A stretch of 64,000 nt of DNA. Origin: an uncultured Actinomycetota bacterium (lineage in GTDB: Bacteria > Actinomycetota > Actinomycetes > Propionibacteriales > Nocardioidaceae). Position 1 is the first letter of the stretch. The number at the start of each line of letters is the position of its first letter. This document shows, in pieces, positions 1-9,665 of this stretch. The stretch lies in the NCBI GenBank assembly GCA_963754575.1, contig CAVWGQ010000006.1, positions 121,853 through 185,852 of the forward strand, written 5' to 3'. The notes below the pieces were generated by a model, which was not told where the DNA came from, did no database searches, and saw only the letters and a list, made by a program, of their open reading frames with translations. A program made the translations under genes and the position numbers.

Positions 1-1
1 G

Positions 2-355
2 TGGGTCATCCCGTCCGAGATCACCAAGGCGATGGAGGGGCTCGGCTCCTCGATCCACGAGATCGCCGGCATCCCGCAGGAAGCCACGCCGCGCACCCGG
101 GTCGACATGGGGCCGACCGAGCCGCAGCTCGCGAAGGGCTCCGACCAGCTGGGTCGGTCGGAGGCGAGCAAGGCCGTCGAGGAGGCGATCGCCGCCGCCG
201 CCGAGGCCGCGAACCCCGGCAAGGCTTCTCGTGCCGCCCAGACCAGCGGCGGGACCACACCGCCGCCTGCTGCCGAGGTGCCCTCGACGCCCGACGTCGG
301 CGACGCCCCGCCGCCGCAGGGCCCGCCCTCGCCGGGGGCGCCACCCGCTGAGTGA
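2..355 (+). CDS. SPFH/Band 7 (stomatin-like) protein, C-terminal fragment (5' truncated by window)
   Basis: Frame from base 2 reads WVIPSEITKAMEGLG, resembling the C-terminal segment of actinobacterial SPFH proteins, then a Pro/Ala-rich tail; stop overlaps the next start (GTGA). Confidence 0.65.
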   Translation, partial: WVIPSEITKAMEGLGSSIHEIAGIPQEATPRTRVDMGPTEPQLAKGSDQLGRSEASKAVEEAIAAAAEAANPGKASRAAQTSGGTTPPPAAEVPSTPDVGDAPPPQGPPSPGAPPAE

Positions 356-1123
356 CGGCGCTCGAGATCGTCGCGATCCTCGTGGCGGGGGTCGCGGCCG
401 GAACCATCAACACCGTGGTGGGGTCGGGGACGTTGATCACGTTCCCGACCCTGCTCGCGTTCGGCGTCCCGCCGGTGACCGCCAACGTCAGCAACACCGT
501 GGGCTTGGTCCCCGGCACACTCTCCGGCGCGGTCGGCTACCGCGCCGAGCTGAGGGGCCAGCGCTCCCGGTTGCTGCGGCTGGGCAGTGCCTCCGTGCTC
601 GGTGGTACGGCGGGCGCGGTGCTGCTGCTCCTGCTCCCCTCCGAGGCCTTCGACACGATCGTGCCGGTGCTGATCGGGCTGGGCGTCCTGCTCGTGGTCA
701 CCGGACCCGTGATCTCACGCCGCGTCGCCCGTCGCCCGTCGCGCCGAGTCCCGCGGCGGGCTGCCCGAGCACGGCGCGTGGTGGGTGTGGCCCGCGGTCG
801 CGGTGACGGGCGTGTACGGCGGCTACTTCGGGGCGGCGCAGGGCGTGCTGCTGGTGGCGATCCTCGGGATCGGCGTCGCCGACACGCTGCAGCGACACAA
901 CGCGACCAAGAACGTGTTGGCGCTGCTCGTCACCGGGATCGCGGCCGTCATCTTCATCGCCGTGGCCGACATCGACTGGCTCGTGGCCGGGCTGATCGCG
1001 GCCGGCAGCGTGGTCGGGGGCCAGCTGGGTGGCGTGGTCGGTCGTCGACTGCCACCGGTGGTGCTGCGCCTGGTGATCGTGGCGGTCGGAGTCACGGCGT
1101 TGGCCGCGCTCCTGCTGGACTGA
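352..1123 (+). CDS. Sulfite exporter TauE/SafE family membrane protein (frameshift near 740, probably a sequencing indel)
   Basis: N-half AGTINTVVGSGTLITFP in ORF 352; C-half GVYGGYFGAAQG..NATKN in ORF 785-1123; the frames join near 735-745. Confidence 0.85.
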
Positions 1124-1145
1124 GCCGGGATCCGGGCTGAGCCGT

Positions 1146-2090
1146 TCAGTCGACGTACGCCGAGACCCAGCGGCCCAGCTCGGCGTACACCTGCTGCCTC
1201 GGCCCGGGCAGCGAGAGCGTGACGTCGTGGCGGGCGCCCGGGATGCCGACGTAGGTCACGTGCCTGCCCAGCGCCGTCGCCCAGCGCCGGATCTGGGTCA
1301 CGTCCAGGACGACGTCGTTCTGGTGGACCTCGTCGTCCATCTGCTGCGGCCAGGCGGTGGTCGCCGACGACATCACCAGCACGGGACAACCGACGTCGAG
1401 CCCGGCCTGCAGCCGCGCGTGCCCGTGACGGACGGCCCGGAGCCAGCCGGCAAAGACCGGGAAGGACAGCAGCGGCTTGAGCTCGGTGTCGAACTCCCAC
1501 TCGCCCTCGTGGTCACGGTGCAGGCTGCGCGCGTAGTAGCCGTCGCTGCGCCGGGGCACGACGCGGTACGGCGTCCGCAGCCCGATCCGCTTGACCGCCA
1601 CCGTGCCCACGGTGCGGATCAACGTGCTGCCCTGCATGTCCAGCCACGGGGCGTTCAGGACCATGGCCGCCGCCTCGGGACGGCGGGCGTCGGCCCACAG
1701 GGCGGTGGTCAGTCCCCCCGTGGAGTGGGCACTCAGCACGACGTGGTCGTGGCCGTCCCGCGTCACCACGCGGTGCCACGCCGAGTCGAGGTCGGGGAAG
1801 TAGTCGGTCAGGTCGCGGGCGAAATGGGGCGACTGGTGGGGGAGCAGCGAGCGTCCGCACTTGCGCAGGTCGACGGCGTAGAAGTCGTAGCCCCGGGCGA
1901 GCCACCACTCGGCGTACCCGGTCTGGAAGAAGTAGTCGGCGAAGCCGTGGACGTGCAGCACGGCCCGACCGCGGGGGTTCTCGGGCGCGCGGTGGACCAG
2001 CGTCGCGACGACGGGTCCTTCGTCGTCGGGCGGGAAGTGGATCGTCTCGGCCGTCCAGGGTTCGCCGAGGACGTCGGTGGTGGTCGGCAC
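1146..2090 (-). CDS. Alpha/beta hydrolase (lysophospholipase-like)
   Basis: HGFADYF oxyanion motif, AHSTGG nucleophile elbow, D-x-V-L and HD catalytic motifs. Confidence 0.85.
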   Translation of the reverse strand: MPTTTDVLGEPWTAETIHFPPDDEGPVVATLVHRAPENPRGRAVLHVHGFADYFFQTGYAEWWLARGYDFYAVDLRKCGRSLLPHQSPHFARDLTDYFPDLDSAWHRVVTRDGHDHVVLSAHSTGGLTTALWADARRPEAAAMVLNAPWLDMQGSTLIRTVGTVAVKRIGLRTPYRVVPRRSDGYYARSLHRDHEGEWEFDTELKPLLSFPVFAGWLRAVRHGHARLQAGLDVGCPVLVMSSATTAWPQQMDDEVHQNDVVLDVTQIRRWATALGRHVTYVGIPGARHDVTLSLPGPRQQVYAELGRWVSAYVD

Positions 2091-2378
2091 AGCGTGATCC
2101 TAGGGCCAGGCGTGGTGTGGTCCCGCGGCCAGCAGCCGACGAGCGGGGAGCCCGCAGGGGCCGCATCCCGCCCGTTGTCCCGTCCTTTGTCCCCGATCGG
2201 TAACAGCGGGGAGACCGTTGTGCCACAGAGCTCCCACGCCGTCCCCAAAGCGGGCACGTGCGCTCCGGCGGCCGCCTAGTTTCATGACCACGGCATCACC
2301 GATGCCTGTGGCCGTGGGAGGCCACGTGGGAATGGCTCGTCGTGGCTGGGGCTGCGACGGGTGTGGGGAAGGACCTCC

Positions 2379-4814
2379 ATGCACGTCTCTTCTGCGCGCT
2401 TGCGCAACCTGTTCCTGGCACTGCTGGTCGCGGTGACCGGCATGGTGGTGCTCGCCGGCCCGGCCGTGGCACACCAGGGCAACATCACCGTCACCCAGAA
2501 GGCATGCGTCGACGGTGACACCGTCCGTGTGACCTACCAGGTCTCCTGGTCCGCCGTCCCGCTCAACGCACGCGGCACGCACGTGTTCAGCCGCACCGGC
2601 ACCGGCACCTTCAACGGTGCCTGGGACGACACGGCGTCGAAGGCAGCCGCGTGGGCCGACGTCGACCGCGGCGCGCTCAACAGCGAGTCGGGCTCCCGGT
2701 CCTGGACCGTCGAGCTGGACAAGTCGCAGTTCAGCGGCACCACGTCGGGCAACGGGCCCTGGGAGTACGCCTACTTCCCCTGGACCAACGGCAACACCGG
2801 CTCCCGCTTCCACGACACCCGCGTCGAGGGCTTCGACTGGAACCTCTGCGTGCAGGTCCCCGAGGGTCTCGAGATCTGCCACGCCACCGGTGCGACGCCC
2901 CAGACGACCACGATCGAGCAGGTCCGCAAGTACGAGAGCATCCGCCCCTCCGGCACCAGCCAGCTCAGCGGCCACGTCGGCGCCAGTCACCAGAACGGCC
3001 TCGACATCATCCCGCCGATCCTCGGCTACCTGCCGAACGGGCAGAACTGGACGGCGTACGGCCAGGAGGTCTGGAACGGCATCGACGGCGAGCACTGCGA
3101 GGTGCCCCGCAGCGACGCGACCGCGTCGGTGACGGTGACCGACCCGACCTGCCAGTCGGTCTCGGGCGTCACCTTCAACCCCGTCAACGCCACGGCCACC
3201 CCGGGGAACCCGAACCTCGAGCCGGGCACGCACAGCGTGACGTTCACCGCCGACTCCGGTCACCGCTTCGCGGACGGCCAGCGCACCAGGACGGTGCAGT
3301 ACACCGTGGTCGAGCGGCTCAGCGCCGATCTCGACCGGTGCGCGGCGAAGGACGCGACCGCGAGGGTCGAGCTGGTCTCGGACGAGTCCTGCACGAAACC
3401 GTCGGTGGTGTCGTTCGCCACGACCCGCGCCTCGGCGAGCCCCGCTGCAGCAGCGACGGCCCCGGGCACCTACTCGGTCACGTTCACCGCTGACTCCGGT
3501 CACCGGTTCGCCGACGGGGACCGCACGAGGACGGTTACCTACACGATCGATCCGACGCTCTCGGCCGACGAGGACCTGTGTGCGGCGAAGGACGCGGCCG
3601 CCAGCGTGGAGCTGGGGTCGGAGGAGTCCTGCACCACGCCTTCCGTCGTCACGTTCACGACGAGCAACGCCACGGCCGACCCGGCGGTGCCTGCGACGGC
3701 CCCCGGCGACCACTCGGTCACGTTCACCGCTGACTCCGGTCACCGGTTCGCCGATGGGGACCGCACGAGGACGGTTACCTACACGATCGATCCGACGCTC
3801 TCGGCCGACGAGGACCTGTGTGCGGCGAAGGACGCGGCCGCCAGCGTGGAGCTGGGGTCGGAGGAGTCCTGCACCACGCCCTCCGTCGTCACGTTCACGA
3901 CGAGCAACGCCACGGCCGACCCGGCGGTGCCTGCCACGGCCCCCGGCGACCACTCGGTCACGTTCACCGTCGACTCCGGTCACCGGTTCGCCGACGGCGC
4001 GCGGACGCTGACGGTGGACTACACGGTCGTGGGCCCGATCGACGCCGATGACGACCAGTGCGCGACAACTGACGCCTCGGCTGCGGTGGAGATCGTCACC
4101 GACGCGACCTGCACGAGCCCGTCGGTCGTCACGTTCACGGCGGCCCACGCCACCGCGAGCCCGGCGACGCCGGCGAGCGAGGTGGGCGACCACTCGGTGA
4201 CGTTCACGGCCGACGCGGGTCACCGGTTCGCCAACGGCAGCCGCACCCTGTCCATGCCCTACACGGTCCTCGGTCCGATCGACGGGGACGACGACCTGTG
4301 CGCCCAGAGCGATGCAGTGGCGGCACTCTTCGCCACCGACGCGACCTGCCTCGCCGGCGAGACCCTGGTGCTCGGTGACCCGGTGTTCGCGACCTGGGGC
4401 GAGCCGACCCTGAAGGAGGGGCCGGGTGACTACTCGGTGGTGGCCACGGCCGAGCCGGGTCACCGGTTCGCGAACGGTGAGCGCACGCAGAGCTTCGCCG
4501 GCTCGCTCGAGGGTCCGCGGGACCCGCTGGGCGAGGACTGCCTGGAGGTCGCGGGCGAGGAGGAGACCCAGCCCGTCGATCACGAGATGACGACCACCGG
4601 GTCGGCCACGGCGCCGACCACCGGGCCGACCACCGGGCCGACCACCGGGCCGACCGAGGTCCCGACCGAGGTCCCGACCGCGGTCGACGCGGGCGAGGCC
4701 GGGCGGTCCCCGTTCGACTCCGACCGCCACCCGCTGTGGCTGCTGGTCCTCGGCGGCGGCCTCGGCCTCATCGGCTTCGCCGGCTCGCGCCGGCGGAAGG
4801 CGGCGATCCGGTAG
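2379..4814 (+). CDS. Secreted repeat-rich surface protein with putative sortase sorting signal (VPTAVDAG + TM + basic tail)
   Basis: RBS GGAAGGA before ATG 2379; signal peptide; about six 80-aa Cys-containing repeats; PTTG/PTEV linker; hydrophobic C-terminus followed by RRRK. Confidence 0.8.
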   Translation: MHVSSARLRNLFLALLVAVTGMVVLAGPAVAHQGNITVTQKACVDGDTVRVTYQVSWSAVPLNARGTHVFSRTGTGTFNGAWDDTASKAAAWADVDRGALNSESGSRSWTVELDKSQFSGTTSGNGPWEYAYFPWTNGNTGSRFHDTRVEGFDWNLCVQVPEGLEICHATGATPQTTTIEQVRKYESIRPSGTSQLSGHVGASHQNGLDIIPPILGYLPNGQNWTAYGQEVWNGIDGEHCEVPRSDATASVTVTDPTCQSVSGVTFNPVNATATPGNPNLEPGTHSVTFTADSGHRFADGQRTRTVQYTVVERLSADLDRCAAKDATARVELVSDESCTKPSVVSFATTRASASPAAAATAPGTYSVTFTADSGHRFADGDRTRTVTYTIDPTLSADEDLCAAKDAAASVELGSEESCTTPSVVTFTTSNATADPAVPATAPGDHSVTFTADSGHRFADGDRTRTVTYTIDPTLSADEDLCAAKDAAASVELGSEESCTTPSVVTFTTSNATADPAVPATAPGDHSVTFTVDSGHRFADGARTLTVDYTVVGPIDADDDQCATTDASAAVEIVTDATCTSPSVVTFTAAHATASPATPASEVGDHSVTFTADAGHRFANGSRTLSMPYTVLGPIDGDDDLCAQSDAVAALFATDATCLAGETLVLGDPVFATWGEPTLKEGPGDYSVVATAEPGHRFANGERTQSFAGSLEGPRDPLGEDCLEVAGEEETQPVDHEMTTTGSATAPTTGPTTGPTTGPTEVPTEVPTAVDAGEAGRSPFDSDRHPLWLLVLGGGLGLIGFAGSRRRKAAIR
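3105..4545 (+). repeat. Intragenic 240-bp (80-aa) tandem repeats, about six units
   Basis: Recurring ..SVTFTADSGHRFADG.RT..Y.. motif at 240-bp period; copies at about 3473-3712 and 3713-3952 are nearly identical at DNA level. Confidence 0.95.
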
Positions 4815-4855
4815 CCCACGACCGGACGCCGTGCCCGAGGGCCCGGAGCGCAAGG

Positions 4856-4904
4856 ACAGCGCGGTGGATCGGTGGCACCCACTGGCACCGATCCACCGCG
4901 CTGT
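4856..4904. terminator. Perfect 19-bp-stem inverted repeat between convergent genes
   Basis: ACAGCGCGGTGGATCGGTG (4856-4874) pairs with CACCGATCCACCGCGCTGT (4886-4904); a second hairpin GGGTGACCTC/GAGGTCACCC follows. Confidence 0.7.
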
Positions 4905-5028
4905 TCCCGGTGGGTGACCTCGTGAGAGGTCACCCGACGACGTGCTGGGGCAGGCTGGCAGCCCACCACCGGCCTGCCCCGGAAGGACTCCCGCTGTGCA
5001 CGGCGGGGCACTTCCTGCACGTCGCGGT

Positions 5029-5544
5029 CTAGGAGGCGTCCCCGAAGTTGAGGACGCCGACGGTGCGGCCCTGGCCGTCGACCTTCACGGCGATGCCGGC
5101 CCAGCGGGCGCGCGGCTTCATGATCACCGCGCGGTGGCTGGGGGAGTTCATCCAGGCCTGCACGGCGACGTCGGGGGTCAGGCCGCTTCCTCGGACCAGC
5201 GTCTCGCCGGTCCACATCAGGTCGCACTGCTTGATGACCGTCATCTGGTCACGGTGCACGAAGTCGCCGGTGCGCTTGATCCGCCGCGCCCACTGCTCCG
5301 ACTTGCCGTCGACGCAGGACTGGAAGAGGCGGACCTTCTGCAGACCCGCGTCCACCCGCGCCTTGTTGATCTTCAGCAGGATCCGGTTCTCGAACTCGTT
5401 GAGGTTCCGCTGGGGGTCGACCCCGGGGTCCGTGGAGGGCGCCCAGGTCTTCGCCTGGACGGGCGAGCTGAGGACGGCACTGACGCCGACCACCACGAGG
5501 AGGGCGAGAGCGGCTGCGGAGAGCAGTCGAGCGAGGTGTCGCAT
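5029..5544 (-). CDS. Secreted CAP/SCP domain protein
   Basis: Signal peptide; INKAR, GETL and AWMNSPSHRAVI motifs typical of CAP domains. Confidence 0.9.
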   Translation of the reverse strand: MRHLARLLSAAALALLVVVGVSAVLSSPVQAKTWAPSTDPGVDPQRNLNEFENRILLKINKARVDAGLQKVRLFQSCVDGKSEQWARRIKRTGDFVHRDQMTVIKQCDLMWTGETLVRGSGLTPDVAVQAWMNSPSHRAVIMKPRARWAGIAVKVDGQGRTVGVLNFGDAS

Positions 5545-5820
5545 GGGGGGTCTCCGTGTGGTCTGGCCGCCGGGGTTCGGCCGTGGGCTTCGGCCGCTGG
5601 GTGGGCGACCGTGCGGAGGTCGAGGGGGTCGACCGCCTGGGGGGGACGACCTCCGGCGGGGGGTACCGGTGGCCGTCCTGTTGCCTTCGTTACTTCCGGA
5701 GGCGATGTGCACAGTTTGGTAACAGTGACCGCTCGACGGCAATAGTCCGAACGGGCCATTTGTGGGCTAGGGCATCCCGACCACCCGCGCGGATTTCGGC
5801 CGTGCCGGATACTGAGCAGC

Positions 5821-6489
5821 ATGAGTGGCGAGCCCCGGACCCGCGCGGCCTCCGGGTGGCTGACCCGGGTGCTGTTGGTCGTCGGGGTCCTCCTCGTGGT
5901 CGGCGGGCTGGCGGCGTGGTGGGCGCAGCCCGCCGAGGAGTCGCCCGTGCGGGCCGGCGATCCCGCGGCACCCTCGGACCCGGCGACCTCGCCGGTCGAC
6001 CAGGAGGTCGTGGAGCCGACCAGGCTGCCCCGGGCCCAGCAGGTTGCGACCGTGCCGGGCGCTCCGGATCGGCTCGTCGTCCCGGCACTGTCCATCGACG
6101 CACCCGTCGTCCCGATCGGGGCTCCCGGCGGCGTCCTGACGCCACCGGCCGACCCACAGACTCTCGGCTGGTGGGCCGACGGCGCCCGACCGGGAGCAGG
6201 CCATGGGTCCGCCCTCGTCACCGGGCACACCGTCCACACGGGCGGCGGCGCCATGGACGACCTCGAGAAGCTCGAGCTCGGCGACCGGGTCTGGATGCAG
6301 ACCGACCGGGGCCGGATCGGCTACGACGTACGCCGGGTCGCGGTGCTCGGCAAGGGAGAGCTGGCCGAGCGCGCCCAGCAGCTCTTCGACCAGGAGGTCC
6401 CCGGCCGCCTGGTGCTCATCACGTGCGAGGACTGGAACGGTGCCGAGTACCTCAGCAACGTCGTGGTCACCGCCACTCCCGCCGCCTGA
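5821..6489 (+). CDS. Class F sortase
   Basis: N-terminal TM anchor; P.RL.VPALSIDAPV, GWW, GH and LVLITC..Y.SNVVV motifs (His/Cys/Asn arrangement seen in class F). Confidence 0.9.
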   Translation: MSGEPRTRAASGWLTRVLLVVGVLLVVGGLAAWWAQPAEESPVRAGDPAAPSDPATSPVDQEVVEPTRLPRAQQVATVPGAPDRLVVPALSIDAPVVPIGAPGGVLTPPADPQTLGWWADGARPGAGHGSALVTGHTVHTGGGAMDDLEKLELGDRVWMQTDRGRIGYDVRRVAVLGKGELAERAQQLFDQEVPGRLVLITCEDWNGAEYLSNVVVTATPAA

Positions 6490-6662
6490 CGAGCTCGCAG
6501 ACCTCGCGGCCGCGCAGGCGTGAAAAAGTAGTTGACGTTGTGACGACCTGGCCGTAACTCCCTCGGAGCGAGTTCGTTGAGGAGAAGACATTCGCACCGC
6601 GTCCGCCACATATCGGACGCGGATCCGGGCCGGGGGGCCCGGGACAGCCGGGGGACTCTCCA

Positions 6663-7790
6663 GTGACCACCACCATCCGTGCGCGCACGCGCATCCTCGC
6701 GGCGTCGACCGCACTCGCGGTCTCCGCCCTCGGCGTGACCACGGCCGCGAGCGCCGCCCCCGGCAAGGCGCCGGGCCAGGAGCAGCGCAGCAGCCACGCC
6801 CAGTCTCGCGCGCAGTCGCACGGCGAGCACCAGAGCAAGCCCGGGGGCAGCTCCCACCAGAAGTCCGCGAGCACGGCGCAGGGTTCGCACGCCCCGACGC
6901 CGGGGCGTGGCGGGGGGCGGGCCGAGGCGCCCGGGCAGCAGCGGCAGCAGCCCACCGCGAGCGGCAAGCCCCGCAGCGGCCAGGACGGCACGGGACGGGG
7001 CGGGAAGGACCCGGCCGGCAACAACGGCACCGTCAAGATCACGCCCCACGGCGAGGTCGACGGCATCCCGCAGAACACGCCCCACGTCGGCTGCGTGTTC
7101 GACGTGGAGTGGTACGGCTTCGACGACGGTGACGACATCGTCTCCGAGGTCACCTTCGAGGCCTGGGCACCCACGCGCGCGCCGATGACCGTCGATGGTC
7201 CCGCCCAGGTCTTCGTCGGCGGCGACCCGGCCTCCGGAGCCGGCACCGACAGCGGTTTCGACGGTGAGGCGACGTACCGGCTCTCCTTCGACGGCGAGCC
7301 GCACCCGCGACAGGGCCACCACGTCAAGCTCACCATCCACACGCCCGGCTCGCAGGGTGCCGACACCAAGCACAAGGTGTTCTGGGTCGAGGACTGCGAG
7401 ACGGAGGGTCCCGAGACGCCGGACAGCCCCGAGACGCCGGACAGCCCGGACACTCCCGGCACCCCGGAGGTCGAGGGGGAGCAGGGCGTCGACACCCCGG
7501 AGGTCGAGGGCGAGCAGGGCGTCGACACCCCGGAGGTCGAGGGCGATCAGGGCGTCGACACCCCCGACGCGGGGAACGACATCGAGGTCGCCGGCGAGCA
7601 GGGCGTCGCCTCCCAGGGCGGCGACACGCCGGCCGGCGCACCGGCGGCGATTCCCTCCGCGGTCGACGCCGGGATCGACGCCGGCGTCACTGCGGCTCGC
7701 TGGGTCGCCACCCCGGGCGGGCTGTTCGCAGCCCTGCTCGGCCTGCTGACCCTCGCCGCCGGTCTCCTGCTCCGACGCCGGGGAGCCTGA
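6663..7790 (+). CDS. Secreted surface protein with acidic repeats and putative sorting signal (IPSAVDAG + TM + RRR)
   Basis: Signal peptide; core domain NNGTVKI..PHVGC..KHKVFWVEDC; PETPDS and EVEGEQGVDTP repeats; hydrophobic C-terminus followed by RRR. Confidence 0.8.
   Translation: MTTTIRARTRILAASTALAVSALGVTTAASAAPGKAPGQEQRSSHAQSRAQSHGEHQSKPGGSSHQKSASTAQGSHAPTPGRGGGRAEAPGQQRQQPTASGKPRSGQDGTGRGGKDPAGNNGTVKITPHGEVDGIPQNTPHVGCVFDVEWYGFDDGDDIVSEVTFEAWAPTRAPMTVDGPAQVFVGGDPASGAGTDSGFDGEATYRLSFDGEPHPRQGHHVKLTIHTPGSQGADTKHKVFWVEDCETEGPETPDSPETPDSPDTPGTPEVEGEQGVDTPEVEGEQGVDTPEVEGDQGVDTPDAGNDIEVAGEQGVASQGGDTPAGAPAAIPSAVDAGIDAGVTAARWVATPGGLFAALLGLLTLAAGLLLRRRGA
7413..7565 (+). repeat. Intragenic 18-bp and 33-bp tandem repeats
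   Basis: GAGACGCCGGACAGCCC(C/G) x2 plus one degenerate copy, then GAGGTCGAGGG.GA.CAGGGCGTCGACACCCC. x3. Confidence 0.9.
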
Positions 7791-7798
7791 CCCACGCG

Positions 7799-7836
7799 AC
7801 ACGGCGGCCGCCCCCGCAAGAGCGCGGCCGCCGTGT
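7799..7836. terminator. 13-bp-stem hairpin between convergent genes
   Basis: ACACGGCGGCCGC pairs with GCGGCCGCCGTGT. Confidence 0.65.
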
Positions 7837-7848
7837 GCGTGCCGGGCG

Positions 7849-8388
7849 TCAGTGCTGGTAGGTGCCGTGGATGATCGCGCGGCCGAGCGTCTTGAACGCG
7901 AGGTTGAAGCTCATCACGGCGTTCGACGCGTCGGCGTCGATGCCGAGGGTCTCCTCGCCCACGGCGTGCACCACGAAGAAGTAGCGGTGCGGCTGGTCGT
8001 TCGGCGGGGGAGCGGCGCCCATGAACCCGGCCTGTCCGCCGTCGTTGCGCAGCATGAACGCCGCGCCGGGGAGATCCGCCCCGACCTCGCCCGCTCCCGT
8101 CTGCAGCGACGAGACGTCTGCCGGGAGGTCGACCAGCGCCCAGTGCCAGAAGCCGCTCGGCGTCGGGGCATCGGGATCGAAGCAGGTGACCACGAAGGAC
8201 TTCGTCCCCTCCGGGGCGCCGGACCACGACAGCTGCGGCGAGGTGTTGCCGGCCTCCGCCACCTGGTCGTCCTTGAGGGCGGCTCCGTCGGTCACGTCGT
8301 CGCTGGTGACCGTGAAGCCGGGTCGTGGCGGCAACAGGTCGTAGGGGTTGGGGCTGACTGGTCGTTCGATCGTCGTGTCCACACTCAT
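7849..8388 (-). CDS. YbhB/YbcL family (PEBP/RKIP-like) protein
   Basis: SPQLSW, DPDAPT..FWHW and GAAPPP.D.PHRYFF motifs. Confidence 0.92.
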   Translation of the reverse strand: MSVDTTIERPVSPNPYDLLPPRPGFTVTSDDVTDGAALKDDQVAEAGNTSPQLSWSGAPEGTKSFVVTCFDPDAPTPSGFWHWALVDLPADVSSLQTGAGEVGADLPGAAFMLRNDGGQAGFMGAAPPPNDQPHRYFFVVHAVGEETLGIDADASNAVMSFNLAFKTLGRAIIHGTYQH

Positions 8389-8423
8389 GACCCCGACACT
8401 ACCCAGCGGTGCGCTGCGGAAGA

Positions 8424-9665
8424 ATGGGCTCGGTGACCCCTCCCGAGGACCTGCCGCCGTACCCCGTCGGCCTGCGGCTCTCCGGCCGCCGGGTGCTGGT
8501 CGTCGGTGGCGGGCAGGTCGCCCAGCGCCGGGTACCTGCCCTGCTGGCCGCCGGGGCCGAGGTGGTCCTGGTCTCCCCGGAGGTGACGCCGGCGCTGGAG
8601 GGGATGGCGGGTGAGCTCACCCTCGTGCTCCGTGAGTACGCCGAGGGCGACCTCGACGGGGTCTGGTACGCCGTGGCGGCCACCGACGACCCGGAGGTCA
8701 ACGCGCGGGTGCTCGCCTCGGCGGACGCGCAGCGGATCTTCTGCGTGCGGGCCGACGACGCCAGCGAGGCGTCCGCCTGGACGGCCGCGTCCGGTCGGCA
8801 CGGCCGGGTGACCGTCGCCGTGCTCGGCAACCGCGAGCCCCGCCAGTCGGCGGCGTTGCGCGACGACATCCTCGCGGCTCTCGCGGACGGCCGGCTCACC
8901 ACCACCGGTGCCCTCGACCGCGCTCCGGGCGTCGTGCTGGTGGGGGGTGGCCCGGGCGATCCCGGCCTGGTCACGGTGGCGGCCCGGCAGGCGCTCGCCT
9001 CGGCCGACGTCGTGGTCGCCGACCGACTGGCCCCGCGCGAGCTGCTCGACGAGCTCGGTCCGGACGTCGAGCTGGTCGACGTCGCCAAGCTCCCGCGGGG
9101 GCGCTCCGCGCTGCAGGAGGAGATCAACCGGATCCTGGTCGACCGTGCCGCGTCGGGCAAGCGCGTGGTCCGCTTCAAGGGCGGCGACTCCTTCGTGTTC
9201 GGCCGTGGCTACGAGGAGGTGCTGGCGTGCCGCGAGGCCGGGATCCCGGTGACGGTGGTGCCGGGGATCCCCAGCCCCGTGGCCGTCCCCGGCGTCGCCG
9301 GGATCCCGGTCACCCACCGCGGGGTCGCCCACTCGTTCACGGTCATCAGCGGCCACCTCCCGCCCGGGCACCCCGAGTCGCTCGTCGACTGGGCCGCGGC
9401 AGCCGGGGTCGGGGGCACGCTGGTGCTGATGATGGCGGTCGAGAACGCGCCGGCCATCGCGGCCGTGCTGCTCGAGCACGGTCGTGCGGCCCGCACTCCG
9501 GTGGCCGTCGTCTCCGACGGCACCATGGCCGCCGAGCGCACCGTGCTCTCCACCCTCGGTGACCTCGAGCGGCGGATGACCGAGGAGACAGTCCGGCCAC
9601 CGGCGATCATCGTGGTCGGCGAGGTCGTCGCCGTGGCCCACCCCGACGCGTTCGCGGAGGCCTGA
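8424..9665 (+). CDS. cobA: Siroheme synthase-like protein (precorrin-2 dehydrogenase domain + uroporphyrinogen-III C-methyltransferase)
   Basis: VLVVGGGQVA Rossmann motif; VGGGPGDPGL, VVRFKGGD.FVFGRG.EE and VVPGI motifs. Confidence 0.9.
   Translation: MGSVTPPEDLPPYPVGLRLSGRRVLVVGGGQVAQRRVPALLAAGAEVVLVSPEVTPALEGMAGELTLVLREYAEGDLDGVWYAVAATDDPEVNARVLASADAQRIFCVRADDASEASAWTAASGRHGRVTVAVLGNREPRQSAALRDDILAALADGRLTTTGALDRAPGVVLVGGGPGDPGLVTVAARQALASADVVVADRLAPRELLDELGPDVELVDVAKLPRGRSALQEEINRILVDRAASGKRVVRFKGGDSFVFGRGYEEVLACREAGIPVTVVPGIPSPVAVPGVAGIPVTHRGVAHSFTVISGHLPPGHPESLVDWAAAAGVGGTLVLMMAVENAPAIAAVLLEHGRAARTPVAVVSDGTMAAERTVLSTLGDLERRMTEETVRPPAIIVVGEVVAVAHPDAFAEA

Noticed and set aside
4608-4680. 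12-bp tandem repeats (PTTG x3, PTEV x2)
   Set aside because: Ordinary low-complexity linker before a cell-wall anchor.
5545-5820. Possible c-di-AMP (ydaO) riboswitch upstream of the CAP gene
   Set aside because: The reverse complement is GC-rich but lacks the ydaO consensus blocks I could check by eye.
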